The notes: a model not told the origin generated them from the letters alone. A DNA stretch of 64,000 nucleotides from Candidatus Moraniibacteriota bacterium (GCA_942490825.1 CALNYG010000013.1:55311-119310); one strand, 5' to 3'; numbered from the stretch's first letter, positions 35,555-45,359 are shown. Made by a program: numbers and translations.

Positions 35555-35971
35555 TTATTTCAAATACTTATCAATAATCCTCTTCGCAGATTCTAAATTA
35601 TCATACTCTTCATTTACAATATCTTTGCAACCACCAATCATTGCCGACAAACGCTTTCCTTTATTCCCATGCTTTCTATATAAACAAATAACTTTTTTGC
35701 CTCTTTCGATACCTCTACCAATTTCATAACCAACACCTAGACTAGGATTTGTCACTTCTGCAACAATTATATCGCAATTTTCTAGCCATTTCATATCTCT
35801 ATCATGAATAGATTCATCAGTTGTGTGATTTTCACCAAAAGAAGTTAGAGAAGGTTCACCGATATGTTCTGTTAAAACTTCTCCAAAATTTTTAAGATAA
35901 TCAATGATTTTGATATAAATATCTAAATCGTCACGACCGCCCCTAATTGAACCTGCAAAATAAATCTTCAT
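35555..35971 (-). CDS. nucleoside 2-deoxyribosyltransferase-fold protein, DNPH1/Rcl-like (2'-deoxynucleoside 5'-phosphate N-hydrolase family)
   Basis: MKIYFAGSIRGGRDD...VLTEHIG...DIIVAEVTNPSLGVGYEIGR parallels the IYFCGSIRGGR...VVAEVTQPSLGVGYELGR pattern of DNPH1. Confidence 0.7.
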   Translation of the reverse strand: MKIYFAGSIRGGRDDLDIYIKIIDYLKNFGEVLTEHIGEPSLTSFGENHTTDESIHDRDMKWLENCDIIVAEVTNPSLGVGYEIGRGIERGKKVICLYRKHGNKGKRLSAMIGGCKDIVNEEYDNLESAKRIIDKYLK

Positions 35972-36049
35972 ATTTTTTAAAATCTAAATTTATTAAATTA
36001 AAACTAAAAAAAGAGAAAGAAAAACTTTCTCTTTTCATTCTTTAACTAT

Positions 36050-37441
36050 CTATTTCTTCTCAACTCGTCCATATTCATCATCAAAACGAACAATGTCATC
36101 CTCTTCCAAATAACTACCACTCTGAACCTCAATAATCTCCAAGTCAATCTTACCTGGGTTAGCCAAGCGATGCTTATTCAACTGGGGGATAAAAGTGCCT
36201 TCATCTTTAGTTAAAATAAGAGTTTTATCACCATTAACCACTTCAGCTGTACCTTTAATCACAACCCAATGCTCAGCTCTATGATAGTGCATTTGTAAAC
36301 TTAAAATTTTTCCTGGATAAACAGTGATTTTTTTAACCTTATTTTTATCTTCATCAATTAAAACTTCATATTTTCCCCAAGGTCGATGAACGATCATGTT
36401 ATCATCAATTTCTTTATGTCCATTAGTTTTTAAGTAATCAACAACATCTTTAACTTTTTCAGATTCGCCACGTTTTTGAATTAAAATGCTATCGTTGTTT
36501 TCGACTACAATTAAATTATCCACTCCAGTTACTGTAATTAATTTACCAGTTTTACTGTGAATAAAAGTATTTTTTGAATTAATCTTAATGTGCTTAGGAT
36601 TTTCATCTTTTCCATTCTGAATCATTAGATCAGCCAAAGCATCAAAAGATCCAATATCACTCCATCCGAAATCACCTTCAAAAACGATTACTTTTTTAGA
36701 TTTTTCAGAGATCGCATAATCGATTGAGATCGATGGCATTTCGCTAAATTTTTCAGTTAAAGTTTCTAAGTTTTCTTTGAAGTATTCATAAATTTCAGGT
36801 GAATGTTTGCTTAGTTCTTTTTCAAAAGTTTTAAAATTGAAAAAATACATTCCACCATTCCAAACATATTTTCCAGATTTTATATATTTTTCAGCAGTTG
36901 CTTTATTGGGTTTTTCTTTAAATTCTGACACTCGAAAATGTCCAGCTTCTTTTCTTCCTTTTTGAATATAGCCGTAGCCAGTTTCTGGGATGGTAGGGGT
37001 GATGCCGATTGTTCCAATATAATCTTTGTTTTCTTTCATGGCTGCTTTCACTATCTTCGTGTATTCTTTTTCATTATCTATGTAATGATCAGAGGGTAGG
37101 AAAATAACTTGTTTATCACTTCTAATCTTTATCTTTTCTTTTAAGTATTTCATAGCATAAGCTATAGCGGGCGCAGTATTTAAAGCGATGGGTTCTGTGA
37201 TTATTTGATCTTCTGAAAGTTCAGGATAAATTTCTCTTATTTGATTAAGTATGTTGAAATAATTGTCTGTATTAGTAGAAAAATAAATATTTTCTTTAGG
37301 GATGATCTTGCTAATTCTTAAAAAAGTTTCTTGAATTAAAGAATTGTCTCCATATAAATTTAAAAACTGTTTAGGGAAGTTTTTTCGACTTAGTGGCCAA
37401 AGTCGAGTTCCTGAACCGCCACATAATATAACACTGTACAT
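36050..37441 (-). CDS. manC: mannose-1-phosphate guanylyltransferase / mannose-6-phosphate isomerase (bifunctional ManC type)
   Basis: MYSVILCGGSGTRLWPLSR N-terminus, and a C-terminal cupin (RPWGKYEVL...HYHRAEHWVVIKGTA). 463 aa. Confidence 0.88.
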   Translation of the reverse strand: MYSVILCGGSGTRLWPLSRKNFPKQFLNLYGDNSLIQETFLRISKIIPKENIYFSTNTDNYFNILNQIREIYPELSEDQIITEPIALNTAPAIAYAMKYLKEKIKIRSDKQVIFLPSDHYIDNEKEYTKIVKAAMKENKDYIGTIGITPTIPETGYGYIQKGRKEAGHFRVSEFKEKPNKATAEKYIKSGKYVWNGGMYFFNFKTFEKELSKHSPEIYEYFKENLETLTEKFSEMPSISIDYAISEKSKKVIVFEGDFGWSDIGSFDALADLMIQNGKDENPKHIKINSKNTFIHSKTGKLITVTGVDNLIVVENNDSILIQKRGESEKVKDVVDYLKTNGHKEIDDNMIVHRPWGKYEVLIDEDKNKVKKITVYPGKILSLQMHYHRAEHWVVIKGTAEVVNGDKTLILTKDEGTFIPQLNKHRLANPGKIDLEIIEVQSGSYLEEDDIVRFDDEYGRVEKK

Positions 37442-37777
37442 AACATTTTTTTAAATTTCTATAGTATATTTTTACTATAGAATTTAAATAATTTAATAAT
37501 TATTAATTGTGAAATTGAGCACGCCTATATTCTAGTGCTAAATAAATAAAAGGTCAACTTGGAAAATGTTTCAGAAAAAAAACTGATAAAATTTAACTTT
37601 TAATTTTTCTTTGATTGAGTTTTAGAATTAAGTCTAAGTTATTATTTTTAGATATTATATTTTAAAAATGCTTTATGTAAAATTAATTGACGCTTCATAT
37701 TACGACTGAATAAATCTATTTAAATTGAAGAATATTATTAAAAAATAAAATTTATTTTTTAATAATAAGAAATAAAT

Positions 37778-37806
37778 TTGACAAAAAAAATAGTGGATGT
37801 TAATAT
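37778..37806 (+). promoter_or_regulatory. consensus-like sigma70 promoter in the long manC-tuf spacer
   Basis: TTGACA, 17-nt spacer, TAATAT. Lies 300 nt upstream of tuf. Confidence 0.45.
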
Positions 37807-37976
37807 GTTGTTAATGTTTTGAAATGATTTTTGAGAGAGAATATTTGATTAAATGTTTAAGCTGAAAGTTAGAAAGTTTTTGAAAAAAATAAATATTTTT
37901 TAATAACGCTTTCAACTAAACTTTATTCAAATATTTATTTCTAAAGAATATGAGAAACTAAAAAATAAATACACGC

Positions 37977-38005
37977 TTGCACAAGTGAGAAAAATTGTTT
38001 ATAAT
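37977..38005 (+). promoter_or_regulatory. sigma70-type promoter candidate for tuf
   Basis: TTGCAC, 17-nt spacer, TATAAT. Lies ~100 nt upstream of tuf. Confidence 0.55.
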
Positions 38006-38107
38006 AATTATTGTGCTAGTTTTTTTGTTTATAAAATTTTTTTAAATAATTTATTAATATATTTTGCACTTATACGTGGCTAATCGTATAGGTAGCGATA
38101 CAAAGCT

Positions 38108-39298
38108 ATGGCAGAAAAATTTGATCGTAGTAAAGCTCATGTTAATGTGGGTACAATTGGTCACGTTGATCATGGTAAGACTACAACAACAGCAGCTATT
38201 TTACATGTCCTATCAATGAAGGGATTTGCTAAAAAGCAAAACGTTGATGAAATCGATAAGGCTCCAGAAGAAAAAGAGCGCGGTATTACAATTGCAACTG
38301 CTCATTGTGAGTATGAATCAGATACTCGTCATTATGCTCATGTTGATTGTCCAGGACATGCTGATTATATTAAAAATATGATTACTGGTGCGGCTCAGAT
38401 GGATGGTGCTATTCTTATTGTAGCTGCTACTGATGGTCCTATGCCTCAAACTCGTGAACATATTTTACTTGCTCGTCAAGTCGGTGTTCCTGAAATTGTT
38501 GTGTTCATCAATAAAGTTGATATGGTTGATGATAATGATATGATTGAACTTGTTGAAGAAGAAATTCGTGAGTTATTAACAAAGTATGAATTTGATGGAG
38601 AAAATGCAAGTGTTATTAAAGGAAGCGCTATTAAAGCTTTAGAAACATCTAGTATTGATGATGCAGATGCACAACCTATTCTTGAATTAATTGATGCGCT
38701 TGATGAGAAAATTCCACAACCAGAACGTGATACTGAAAAAGACTTTTTAATGCCTATTGAAGATATCTTCTCAATTGAAGGACGTGGTACGGTGGTAACT
38801 GGTAGAATTGATCGTGGAGTTGTTAATGTTAATGATGAAGTAGAAATTGTTGGTTTACGAGATACACAAACAACTACAGTAACTGGAGTTGAGATGTTTA
38901 ATAAATCACTTGATCGTGGTGAAGCTGGAGATAACGCAGGGATTCTTCTTCGAGGTACTAAAAAAGAGGATGTAGAACGTGGTCAAGTTTTAGCTAAACC
39001 AGGAACTATTACTCCTCATACTGAATTTGAAACAGAAGTATATATTTTAACAAAAGAAGAAGGCGGACGACACACGCCTTTCTTTAAGGGATATAAACCA
39101 CAATTCTATATTAGAACAACTGATGTGACTGGTGAGGTTATTCTTCCAGAGGGAACGGAGATGGTTATGCCTGGTGATACAATTACTTTAACTGTGAAAC
39201 TTGGTTCAGATGTTGCTATGGAAGATGGTATGCGTTTCGCTATTCGCGAAGGTGGTCGTACTGTTGGGGCTGGTGTAGTAACTAAGATTATCAAATAA
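38108..39298 (+). CDS. tuf: elongation factor Tu
   Basis: [21 protein letters not shown] motifs. 396 aa. Confidence 0.97.
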   Translation: MAEKFDRSKAHVNVGTIGHVDHGKTTTTAAILHVLSMKGFAKKQNVDEIDKAPEEKERGITIATAHCEYESDTRHYAHVDCPGHADYIKNMITGAAQMDGAILIVAATDGPMPQTREHILLARQVGVPEIVVFINKVDMVDDNDMIELVEEEIRELLTKYEFDGENASVIKGSAIKALETSSIDDADAQPILELIDALDEKIPQPERDTEKDFLMPIEDIFSIEGRGTVVTGRIDRGVVNVNDEVEIVGLRDTQTTTVTGVEMFNKSLDRGEAGDNAGILLRGTKKEDVERGQVLAKPGTITPHTEFETEVYILTKEEGGRHTPFFKGYKPQFYIRTTDVTGEVILPEGTEMVMPGDTITLTVKLGSDVAMEDGMRFAIREGGRTVGAGVVTKIIK

Positions 39299-39401
39299 TC
39301 TTTGATGGTAGAAGTGGAGAGAGAATCTCTAATTGAGATGCTTTCTTCCTTTTCTCATTAATGGTGAGGAAATTTAATTAATGTAGGTTATTATTTTAAA
39401 G

Positions 39402-39725
39402 ATGGCCAAGAAAGATGAAGCGTTGACACGCGTCCGCATCAAAATCAAAGCATACGATAATAAAGTTATCGATAAGTCTGCAAAGCAAATTGTAGAGACT
39501 TCTCAGCGTACAGGAGCTCAGGTAGTAGGTCCAGTGCCTCTTCCAACACATATTAGAAAGATTACTGTTAATCGTTCTACTTTTGTTCATAAAGATGCAA
39601 GAGAGCAATACGAGATGAGAACTCATAAAAGACTTATTGATATTATTAATCCATCTCAAAAAACTATAGAGAACTTGACAAATTTAGATTTGCCAGCAGG
39701 TGTAGATATAGAAATAAAGATGTAA
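39402..39725 (+). CDS. rpsJ: 30S ribosomal protein S10
   Basis: [38 protein letters not shown]. Confidence 0.93.
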   Translation: MAKKDEALTRVRIKIKAYDNKVIDKSAKQIVETSQRTGAQVVGPVPLPTHIRKITVNRSTFVHKDAREQYEMRTHKRLIDIINPSQKTIENLTNLDLPAGVDIEIKM

Positions 39726-39831
39726 ATAAGTGTTTTATTTTTGGTTAGTTATTTTTAATTAAAGATGTGTTTCAATAAAGTCCTTTTTAGGAAACTTATT
39801 GAGCTGGATATTTACTTGTTTAGAGGATCTC

Positions 39832-39860
39832 TTGACAAGAAATAAATAATCGTCTACTAT
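39832..39860 (+). promoter_or_regulatory. consensus-like promoter inside the rpsJ-rplC spacer
   Basis: TTGACA, 17-nt spacer, TACTAT. Confidence 0.4.
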
Positions 39861-39879
39861 GAAGTAGAGAAGTGCAATC

Positions 39880-39900
39880 TGGCTTGAATAGCCATTTTTT
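39880..39900 (+). terminator. short hairpin + T6 (attenuator-like) 21 nt before rplC
   Basis: TGGCT-TGAAT-AGCCA followed by TTTTTT. The stem is only 5 bp. Confidence 0.3.
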
Positions 39901-39921
39901 GTTTGTGTTTTAAAGAACATT

Positions 39922-40482
39922 ATGAAATTTATTTTAGGAAAAAAATCTGGGATGACAACTGTATATAAAGAGGACAGAGCTTATAATGTTACTCTTATTG
40001 AAGTTTTACCAAATACTGTTGACAAGGTTTGTAGTGAGGAAAGTGATGGCTATACTTCAGTAAGACTTTCAGTTTCTAAAACTAAGAATGTTGAGTATAA
40101 GAGAGAGTTTAGAATTGAGTCTACAGAAGATTTTAAATTAGGTGAAAACATTGAAGTAGATATTTTTGAATCAGGCGAGAAAGTTAATGTTTTTGGAATT
40201 AGTAAGGCAAAAGGTTTTCAAGGTGTTGTTAAAAGGCATGGATTTGCTGGAGGTCCTGCAACACATGGACATCGTCATGCACTTAGATCTCCAGGTTCAA
40301 TTGGGTCAGCTTACCCACAACATGTTTTAAAAGGGAAGAAGATGGCTGGTCGTATGGGAGGAGACAGAGTAGTGTCTAAAAATTTAGAAGTTGTTTTTGT
40401 GGATAAAGAAAAGAATTTGATTGCATTGGAAGGTGCTGTACCAGGAGTTTCAGGGAGAATTATAGAAATTACGACTGTTTAA
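39922..40482 (+). CDS. rplC: 50S ribosomal protein L3
   Basis: ILGKKSGMTTVY...GFQGVVKRHGFAGGPATHG, and gene order. Confidence 0.92.
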   Translation: MKFILGKKSGMTTVYKEDRAYNVTLIEVLPNTVDKVCSEESDGYTSVRLSVSKTKNVEYKREFRIESTEDFKLGENIEVDIFESGEKVNVFGISKAKGFQGVVKRHGFAGGPATHGHRHALRSPGSIGSAYPQHVLKGKKMAGRMGGDRVVSKNLEVVFVDKEKNLIALEGAVPGVSGRIIEITTV

Positions 40483-40496
40483 TTTTATATAAATTT

Positions 40497-41126
40497 ATGA
40501 TCAAAATTGATGTATACAATTTAAAGGGTAAGGTCACAGGAAATGTTTCATTGCCTGAGGAGATCTTCGGATTAGAGAGTAATAATGACTTAGTTCATCA
40601 GGTATATGTTGCTCAATCAGCTAATCGTCGTTCTGGTACCTCCCACACTAAAACTAGAGGTGATAAAAGAGGAGGAGGAAAAAAGCCTTGGAAGCAAAAA
40701 GGTACAGGAAACGCAAGAACTGGATCTATAAGAAATCCAATTTGGAAAGGTGGAGGTACTATTTTTGGACCTAGTAAGGACATGAATTTTACTAAAACAG
40801 TAAATGCAAAAATGCGAAGGAAAGCTTTATTGATAACTTTGTCTGAAAAAGCTAAATCTGATAAAATTAAAGTTGTTGAGTCGCTTAATTTAGAAGAAAA
40901 AAAGACAAAGTTTTTTGTTGAAATGGTTAAAGGATTAAATTTAAATAAAAGCGCTTTACTAGGCTTTGGAAAAGAAGAGAAAAATAGTTATAGAGCCGCT
41001 AGAAACATAGAAAAGGTTAGAACTTTAGAAGTTGAACAATTAAACGTATTTGATTTGATGAATTCAGAATACTTAGTTATTAGTCAAGATTCAATTGAAC
41101 AGATTAAAGGTAAATATATTTCTTAA
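40497..41126 (+). CDS. rplD: 50S ribosomal protein L4
   Basis: HQVYVAQSANRRSGTSHTKTRGDKRGGGKKPWKQKGTGNARTGSIRNPIWKGGG. Confidence 0.92.
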   Translation: MIKIDVYNLKGKVTGNVSLPEEIFGLESNNDLVHQVYVAQSANRRSGTSHTKTRGDKRGGGKKPWKQKGTGNARTGSIRNPIWKGGGTIFGPSKDMNFTKTVNAKMRRKALLITLSEKAKSDKIKVVESLNLEEKKTKFFVEMVKGLNLNKSALLGFGKEEKNSYRAARNIEKVRTLEVEQLNVFDLMNSEYLVISQDSIEQIKGKYIS

Positions 41127-41143
41127 TTTTATTAATATTTCTT

Positions 41144-41533
41144 ATGGGATTATTTAGTAAGAAGACAACAGAAGATAAAGTTAAAGACGTATCTCCGAAA
41201 GTGTCTGAGAAAGGTGATAGTAAAGATGTAATAAACTCTTTAGTTTCAGATACTGCTCAAAAGGTTATAATTAATCCAATTATGACAGAAAAATCTCATG
41301 CTATGAGTGATAATGGCAAATATTTATTTAAAGTATTTTCAAAAACAACAAAGCGTAGTATTAAAAAAGCAATTGAAGACATCTATAAAGTGAATGTTTA
41401 TAAAATTAATGTTTTAACAGTTTCAAAGAAGAAGAGAACAATTAAGTATGATAGAGGTTATCAGAAGAGTTATAAAAAAGCAGTGGTTACGCTTAAAAAA
41501 GGTCAAAGTATCCCTGTTTTTGAGGGTGTATAG
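41144..41533 (+). CDS. rplW: 50S ribosomal protein L23 (with a ~35-aa N-terminal extension)
   Basis: The L23 core starts at IINPIMTEKS...YLFKV....K..IK.AIE..Y.V.V..INV, and gene order. Confidence 0.88.
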   Translation: MGLFSKKTTEDKVKDVSPKVSEKGDSKDVINSLVSDTAQKVIINPIMTEKSHAMSDNGKYLFKVFSKTTKRSIKKAIEDIYKVNVYKINVLTVSKKKRTIKYDRGYQKSYKKAVVTLKKGQSIPVFEGV

Positions 41534-41557
41534 TTTTATTCAAGATATTTAGATTAT

Positions 41558-42388
41558 ATGGCAATTAAAGTTTACAAAAGAAATAATGCAGCAAGGCGTA
41601 ATATGTCTATTATTAAGCCTGAAAATGTCACAGAAAAAAAACCTGAGAAATCTTTAGTTACTAAACTTAATAAGAAATCAGGACGTTCTAATGGTAAGAT
41701 TTCTGTAAGACATAAAGGAGGGGCTTGTAAGCGTTTATATCGTAAAATTGATTTTGTTCAAGATAAATTTGGTATTTTAGGGACTGTAGCTGCTATCGAG
41801 AAAGATCCAAATAGAAGTGCTTTAATTGCTTTAGTAGTTTATGTAGATGGTGAAAAAAGATATGCTTTAGCTGTCGAGGGTATGAAGTCTGGAGATAAAA
41901 TTTTGTGTTCAGAGGATGCACCAATTAAAAATGGTAATCGAACACAGTTAAAAAGAATTCCAACCGGAACAGTCATATCTTCAATTGAAATGAAAAAAGG
42001 GAAAGGTTCACAAATAGTTCGTAGTGCTGGATCAGGAGCTATGTTAATGAGTATGGATGAAAAGTATGCTCATGTAAAAATGCCTTCAGGTGAGGTGCGC
42101 TTGATTAATATCGAATGTTATGCGACACTTGGACAAGTGAGTAATTTTGAACATAATACAGTTAAAATTGGTAAGGCTGGACGAGCAAGAAGATTAGGAA
42201 AAAGACCAGCTGTACGTGGTTCAGCGATGAATCCAGTTGACCATCCTCATGGTGGTGGAGAAGGATGTCAGCCGATAGGTCTAAAATATCCAAAGACTCC
42301 ATGGGGAAGACCTGCTTTAGGAGTTAGAACTAGAAAAAAAAATAAGATTAGTAGTAAGTATATTGTAAAGTCAAGACATAAGAAATAA
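41558..42388 (+). CDS. rplB: 50S ribosomal protein L2
   Basis: GRSNGKISVRHKGGACKRLYR...MNPVDHPHGGGEG. Confidence 0.95.
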   Translation: MAIKVYKRNNAARRNMSIIKPENVTEKKPEKSLVTKLNKKSGRSNGKISVRHKGGACKRLYRKIDFVQDKFGILGTVAAIEKDPNRSALIALVVYVDGEKRYALAVEGMKSGDKILCSEDAPIKNGNRTQLKRIPTGTVISSIEMKKGKGSQIVRSAGSGAMLMSMDEKYAHVKMPSGEVRLINIECYATLGQVSNFEHNTVKIGKAGRARRLGKRPAVRGSAMNPVDHPHGGGEGCQPIGLKYPKTPWGRPALGVRTRKKNKISSKYIVKSRHKK

Positions 42389-42399
42389 TTTTGTAAATT

Positions 42400-42723
42400 A
42401 TGAGTCGATCACTAAAAAAAGGACCTTTCATTGATGAAAGAGTTATAAAGAAAATTGAAGGAAAAAAACCTCAGGACACAGGGATTATTAAAACTTGGTC
42501 AAGAGCTTGTACAGTTGTTCCTGAAATGATTGGTTTTACATTTGCAGTACATAACGGGAGGAATTTTATTGAAGTATTTATTAATGAAGAAAAGATTGGT
42601 CACAAGTTGGGTGAGTTTTCTAAAACTAGAAAGTTTTCTCGACATGGTGGTAAAATTCAGAAAGATTTAGATCAAGCAACTCGTCAGCGTGAGATTGATG
42701 CATCTAAAGCGACTAAGGGTTAA
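42400..42723 (+). CDS. rpsS: 30S ribosomal protein S19
   Basis: [12 protein letters not shown]...[31 protein letters not shown]. Confidence 0.93.
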   Translation: MSRSLKKGPFIDERVIKKIEGKKPQDTGIIKTWSRACTVVPEMIGFTFAVHNGRNFIEVFINEEKIGHKLGEFSKTRKFSRHGGKIQKDLDQATRQREIDASKATKG

Positions 42724-42742
42724 TTTAATTTAGTTTTAAAGT

Positions 42743-43189
42743 ATGAGTGAAAAAGTAACAGCACAATTGAATAATTTGAGAGTTTCTCCAAGAAAGGTTC
42801 GTTTAGTTACTGATCAAATTAGAGGTTTGAATGCTAATAAAGCATTAATTATATTAGAATATAATTTGAAGAAGCCAGCTGATATAGTTGCAAAGTTAGT
42901 TAGAAGCGCTTTGGCAAATGCAGAGAATAATTTTAATCTAAAAAAAGATGGTTTAATTATTTCTGAGATACAGGTAGGAGAGGGAAAAACTTTGAAACGT
43001 TGGATGCCTAGAGCTTATGGTAGAGCGTCACAGATTTTAAAAAGAACCTCTAAGATTAAGGTTGTCCTTACAGATGAGAAAAGAGAAATAGTTGGAGATA
43101 AAAAAGTAGCAAAGAAAAAAGTAGCTAGAAATAAAGTTAAAAAAGCTACTAAAAAAGCTACTAAAAAAGTAAGTAAAAGTAATAAATAA
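42743..43189 (+). CDS. rplV: 50S ribosomal protein L22 (K-rich C-terminal tail)
   Basis: LRVSPRKVRLVTDQIRGLNANKALIILE...KRWMPRAYGRAS.ILKRTS.I. Confidence 0.92.
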   Translation: MSEKVTAQLNNLRVSPRKVRLVTDQIRGLNANKALIILEYNLKKPADIVAKLVRSALANAENNFNLKKDGLIISEIQVGEGKTLKRWMPRAYGRASQILKRTSKIKVVLTDEKREIVGDKKVAKKKVARNKVKKATKKATKKVSKSNK

Positions 43190-43204
43190 TTTAATTTTCT
43201 TGTT

Positions 43205-43855
43205 ATGGGTCATAAAGTAAATCCAAAAAGTTTGCGAATCGGTATCACTACAGGGTGGAGGTCTCGTTGGTTTGGTGGAAAAAATTATGCAAATTTATTA
43301 CAACAAGATGTCGAATTGCGTCGAGCAGTGATGAAGAAATGGCGACATGCAGCTATTGCTGATGTCGAGGTGGAGAGAAGTTCAGGGGATGTGCATATTA
43401 TTGTTAAAACATCTCGTCCAGGTATGATTATTGGTCGTGGTGGAAGTGGTATTGAGGATTTGACTAAATTTATCAAAAAAACAATTTTTTCAGGAAAGAA
43501 AGTTAATATTAAAGTAGATGTTCAAGAGATTAAGCAATTTGAAGAAAATGCAGCTCTTGTAGCACAAAGCGTAGCTGAACAGATAGAAAAACGTATGCCG
43601 TTTCGAAGAGTGTTGAAAAGTACATTGGATCAGGTTGAGAAAAATCGAAATGTTAAAGGTGTTAAAATTCAAGTTTCAGGTAGATTAAATGGTGCAGAAA
43701 TGTCTCGAGCTGAATGGTTATCAAGAGGAGCAATTCCTCTTCATACATTAAGAGCTGATATAGATTTTGCTCGTGATACAGCAAGAACAATTTATGGAGC
43801 TATCGGAGTAAAAGTTTGGATTTATAAAGGTGAAGTTTTTGAAGATGAGAAGTAA
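43205..43855 (+). CDS. rpsC: 30S ribosomal protein S3
   Basis: MGHKVNPKSLRIGI...RPGMIIGRGGSGIE (KH domain)...GRLNGAEMSRAEW. Confidence 0.95.
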   Translation: MGHKVNPKSLRIGITTGWRSRWFGGKNYANLLQQDVELRRAVMKKWRHAAIADVEVERSSGDVHIIVKTSRPGMIIGRGGSGIEDLTKFIKKTIFSGKKVNIKVDVQEIKQFEENAALVAQSVAEQIEKRMPFRRVLKSTLDQVEKNRNVKGVKIQVSGRLNGAEMSRAEWLSRGAIPLHTLRADIDFARDTARTIYGAIGVKVWIYKGEVFEDEK

Positions 43856-43886
43856 TTTTTATAAAATTTTAAGATAAAAGAGTTTT

Positions 43887-44303
43887 ATGTTAATGCCGAG
43901 AAAAGTAAAACATAGAAAAATGCATCGTGGAGGAAAACTGCGAGGTGACGCGAAACGTGGTAATACCGTAAGTTTCGGTAGTTTTGGAATTAAAGCGGTA
44001 ACTTCAGGTTTGATTACAGCACGACAAATAGAGTCAGCTCGTCGAACAATTACTCGGTATATGCAGAGAACGGGTAAATATTGGATTAGAATATTCCCTT
44101 CTCATCCAATGACTAAGAAGGGAGATGAGACTCCTATGGGTAAAGGTAAAGGTGCAGTTGATCACTATGTTTCTAAAGTAAAGTCAGGTAAAGTTTTATT
44201 TGAGATAGACGGAGTAGCTGAAGAGGCGGCAAGGGAAGCATTTAGATTAGCTGGACATAAGTTAGGAGTGAAAACAAAATTCGTTACTAGGCATGGTGAA
44301 TAA
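43887..44303 (+). CDS. rplP: 50S ribosomal protein L16
   Basis: [15 protein letters not shown]...[39 protein letters not shown]. Confidence 0.95.
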   Translation: MLMPRKVKHRKMHRGGKLRGDAKRGNTVSFGSFGIKAVTSGLITARQIESARRTITRYMQRTGKYWIRIFPSHPMTKKGDETPMGKGKGAVDHYVSKVKSGKVLFEIDGVAEEAAREAFRLAGHKLGVKTKFVTRHGE

Positions 44304-44389
44304 TTTCGATTCATGTAATTTAGTAAGAGTATTTACTATTGCGAAGAAAGAATTAAGTGAATAAATTATTAGGGCTAATATTTAATTTT

Positions 44390-44629
44390 ATGTCAGATAA
44401 AAAATCAACAATTATGCAAGGTACTGTAGTGAGTGATGCAATGGATAAAACTATAGTTGTAGCTGTAAATACATTTAAAACGCATAAGAAGTATTTAAAA
44501 AAGTTTAACTTTACTAAAAAGTATAAGGTTCACGATTCAGAGAATAAATATTCAGTAGGGGATGTAGTTGAATTTCAAGGTTGCAAACCTATGAGCAAAG
44601 ATAAAAATTTTATTGTTGTTGAAAATTAA
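44390..44629 (+). CDS. rpsQ: 30S ribosomal protein S17
   Basis: MQGTVVSDAMDKTIVVAVNTFKTHKKYLK...KVHDSENKYSVGDVVEFQGCKPMSKDK. ATG 44390 is preferred over the track's GTG at 44357. Confidence 0.9.
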   Translation: MSDKKSTIMQGTVVSDAMDKTIVVAVNTFKTHKKYLKKFNFTKKYKVHDSENKYSVGDVVEFQGCKPMSKDKNFIVVEN

Positions 44630-44651
44630 GATTTAAATTTATTAAAATAAT

Positions 44652-45023
44652 ATGATTCAGGCAGAAACATGGTTAAAAATTGCAGATAACTCTGGAGCTA
44701 AGGAAATCGAATGCTTTAAGGTTTTAGGTGGCTCTAAAAGACGTTACGCAGGTATCGGTGATATTGTAATCGCTTCTGTTAAGGCTGCTGAGCCAAGGTC
44801 TAACGTTAAAGCTGGGGATGTTGTTAAGGCTGTAATTGTTAGGCAGAGAAAAGCTTTTCGTCGTAAAGATGGATCATATATTAGATTTGATGAGAATGCT
44901 GCAGTCATTGTTGATCCAGATAATAAGGAGCCAAAGGCTACACGTATTTTTGGTCCAATCGCAAGAGAATTAAGAGAAAAAGGTTTTAATAAAATAATCT
45001 CGTTGGCTTCTGAAGTTTTATAA
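44652..45023 (+). CDS. rplN: 50S ribosomal protein L14
   Basis: [39 protein letters not shown]. Confidence 0.95.
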   Translation: MIQAETWLKIADNSGAKEIECFKVLGGSKRRYAGIGDIVIASVKAAEPRSNVKAGDVVKAVIVRQRKAFRRKDGSYIRFDENAAVIVDPDNKEPKATRIFGPIARELREKGFNKIISLASEVL

Positions 45024-45047
45024 TTTATTATAGTTTATTCAAATAGT

Positions 45048-45359
45048 ATGTTAAAGATTAAAAAAGGAGACAATGTGGAAGTTATCACTGGTAAAGATAA
45101 AGGAAAACAAGGTGAGATAATATCTGTTATTCCTGATAGCGAAAAGGTCGTAATTAAGGGTATAAATGTTGTAACTAAACATATTAAACCTAAGCAAAAT
45201 GGAGCAAAAGGAGAACGAATTAAAGTAGAATCTTCAATTCATATTTCGAACGTTATGCTGGTTTGTCCAGAATCAAATAAAAGAACGAGAGTAGGTTTTT
45301 CTGTTAAGGATGGAAATAAAGTTAGAATTTCTAAAAAAAGTAATAAAGAAATTGATTAA
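45048..45359 (+). CDS. rplX: 50S ribosomal protein L24
   Basis: IKKGDNVEVITGKDKGKQGEII (KOW motif), and gene order. Confidence 0.92.
   Translation: MLKIKKGDNVEVITGKDKGKQGEIISVIPDSEKVVIKGINVVTKHIKPKQNGAKGERIKVESSIHISNVMLVCPESNKRTRVGFSVKDGNKVRISKKSNKEID

Noticed and set aside
44304-44389. Calling the frame [20 protein letters not shown]-stop a remnant of L29
   Set aside because: The resemblance to the L29 C-terminus (VR..IAR.KT.L.E) is only a few residues with an offset. This is too weak to support a pseudogene call without a profile search.
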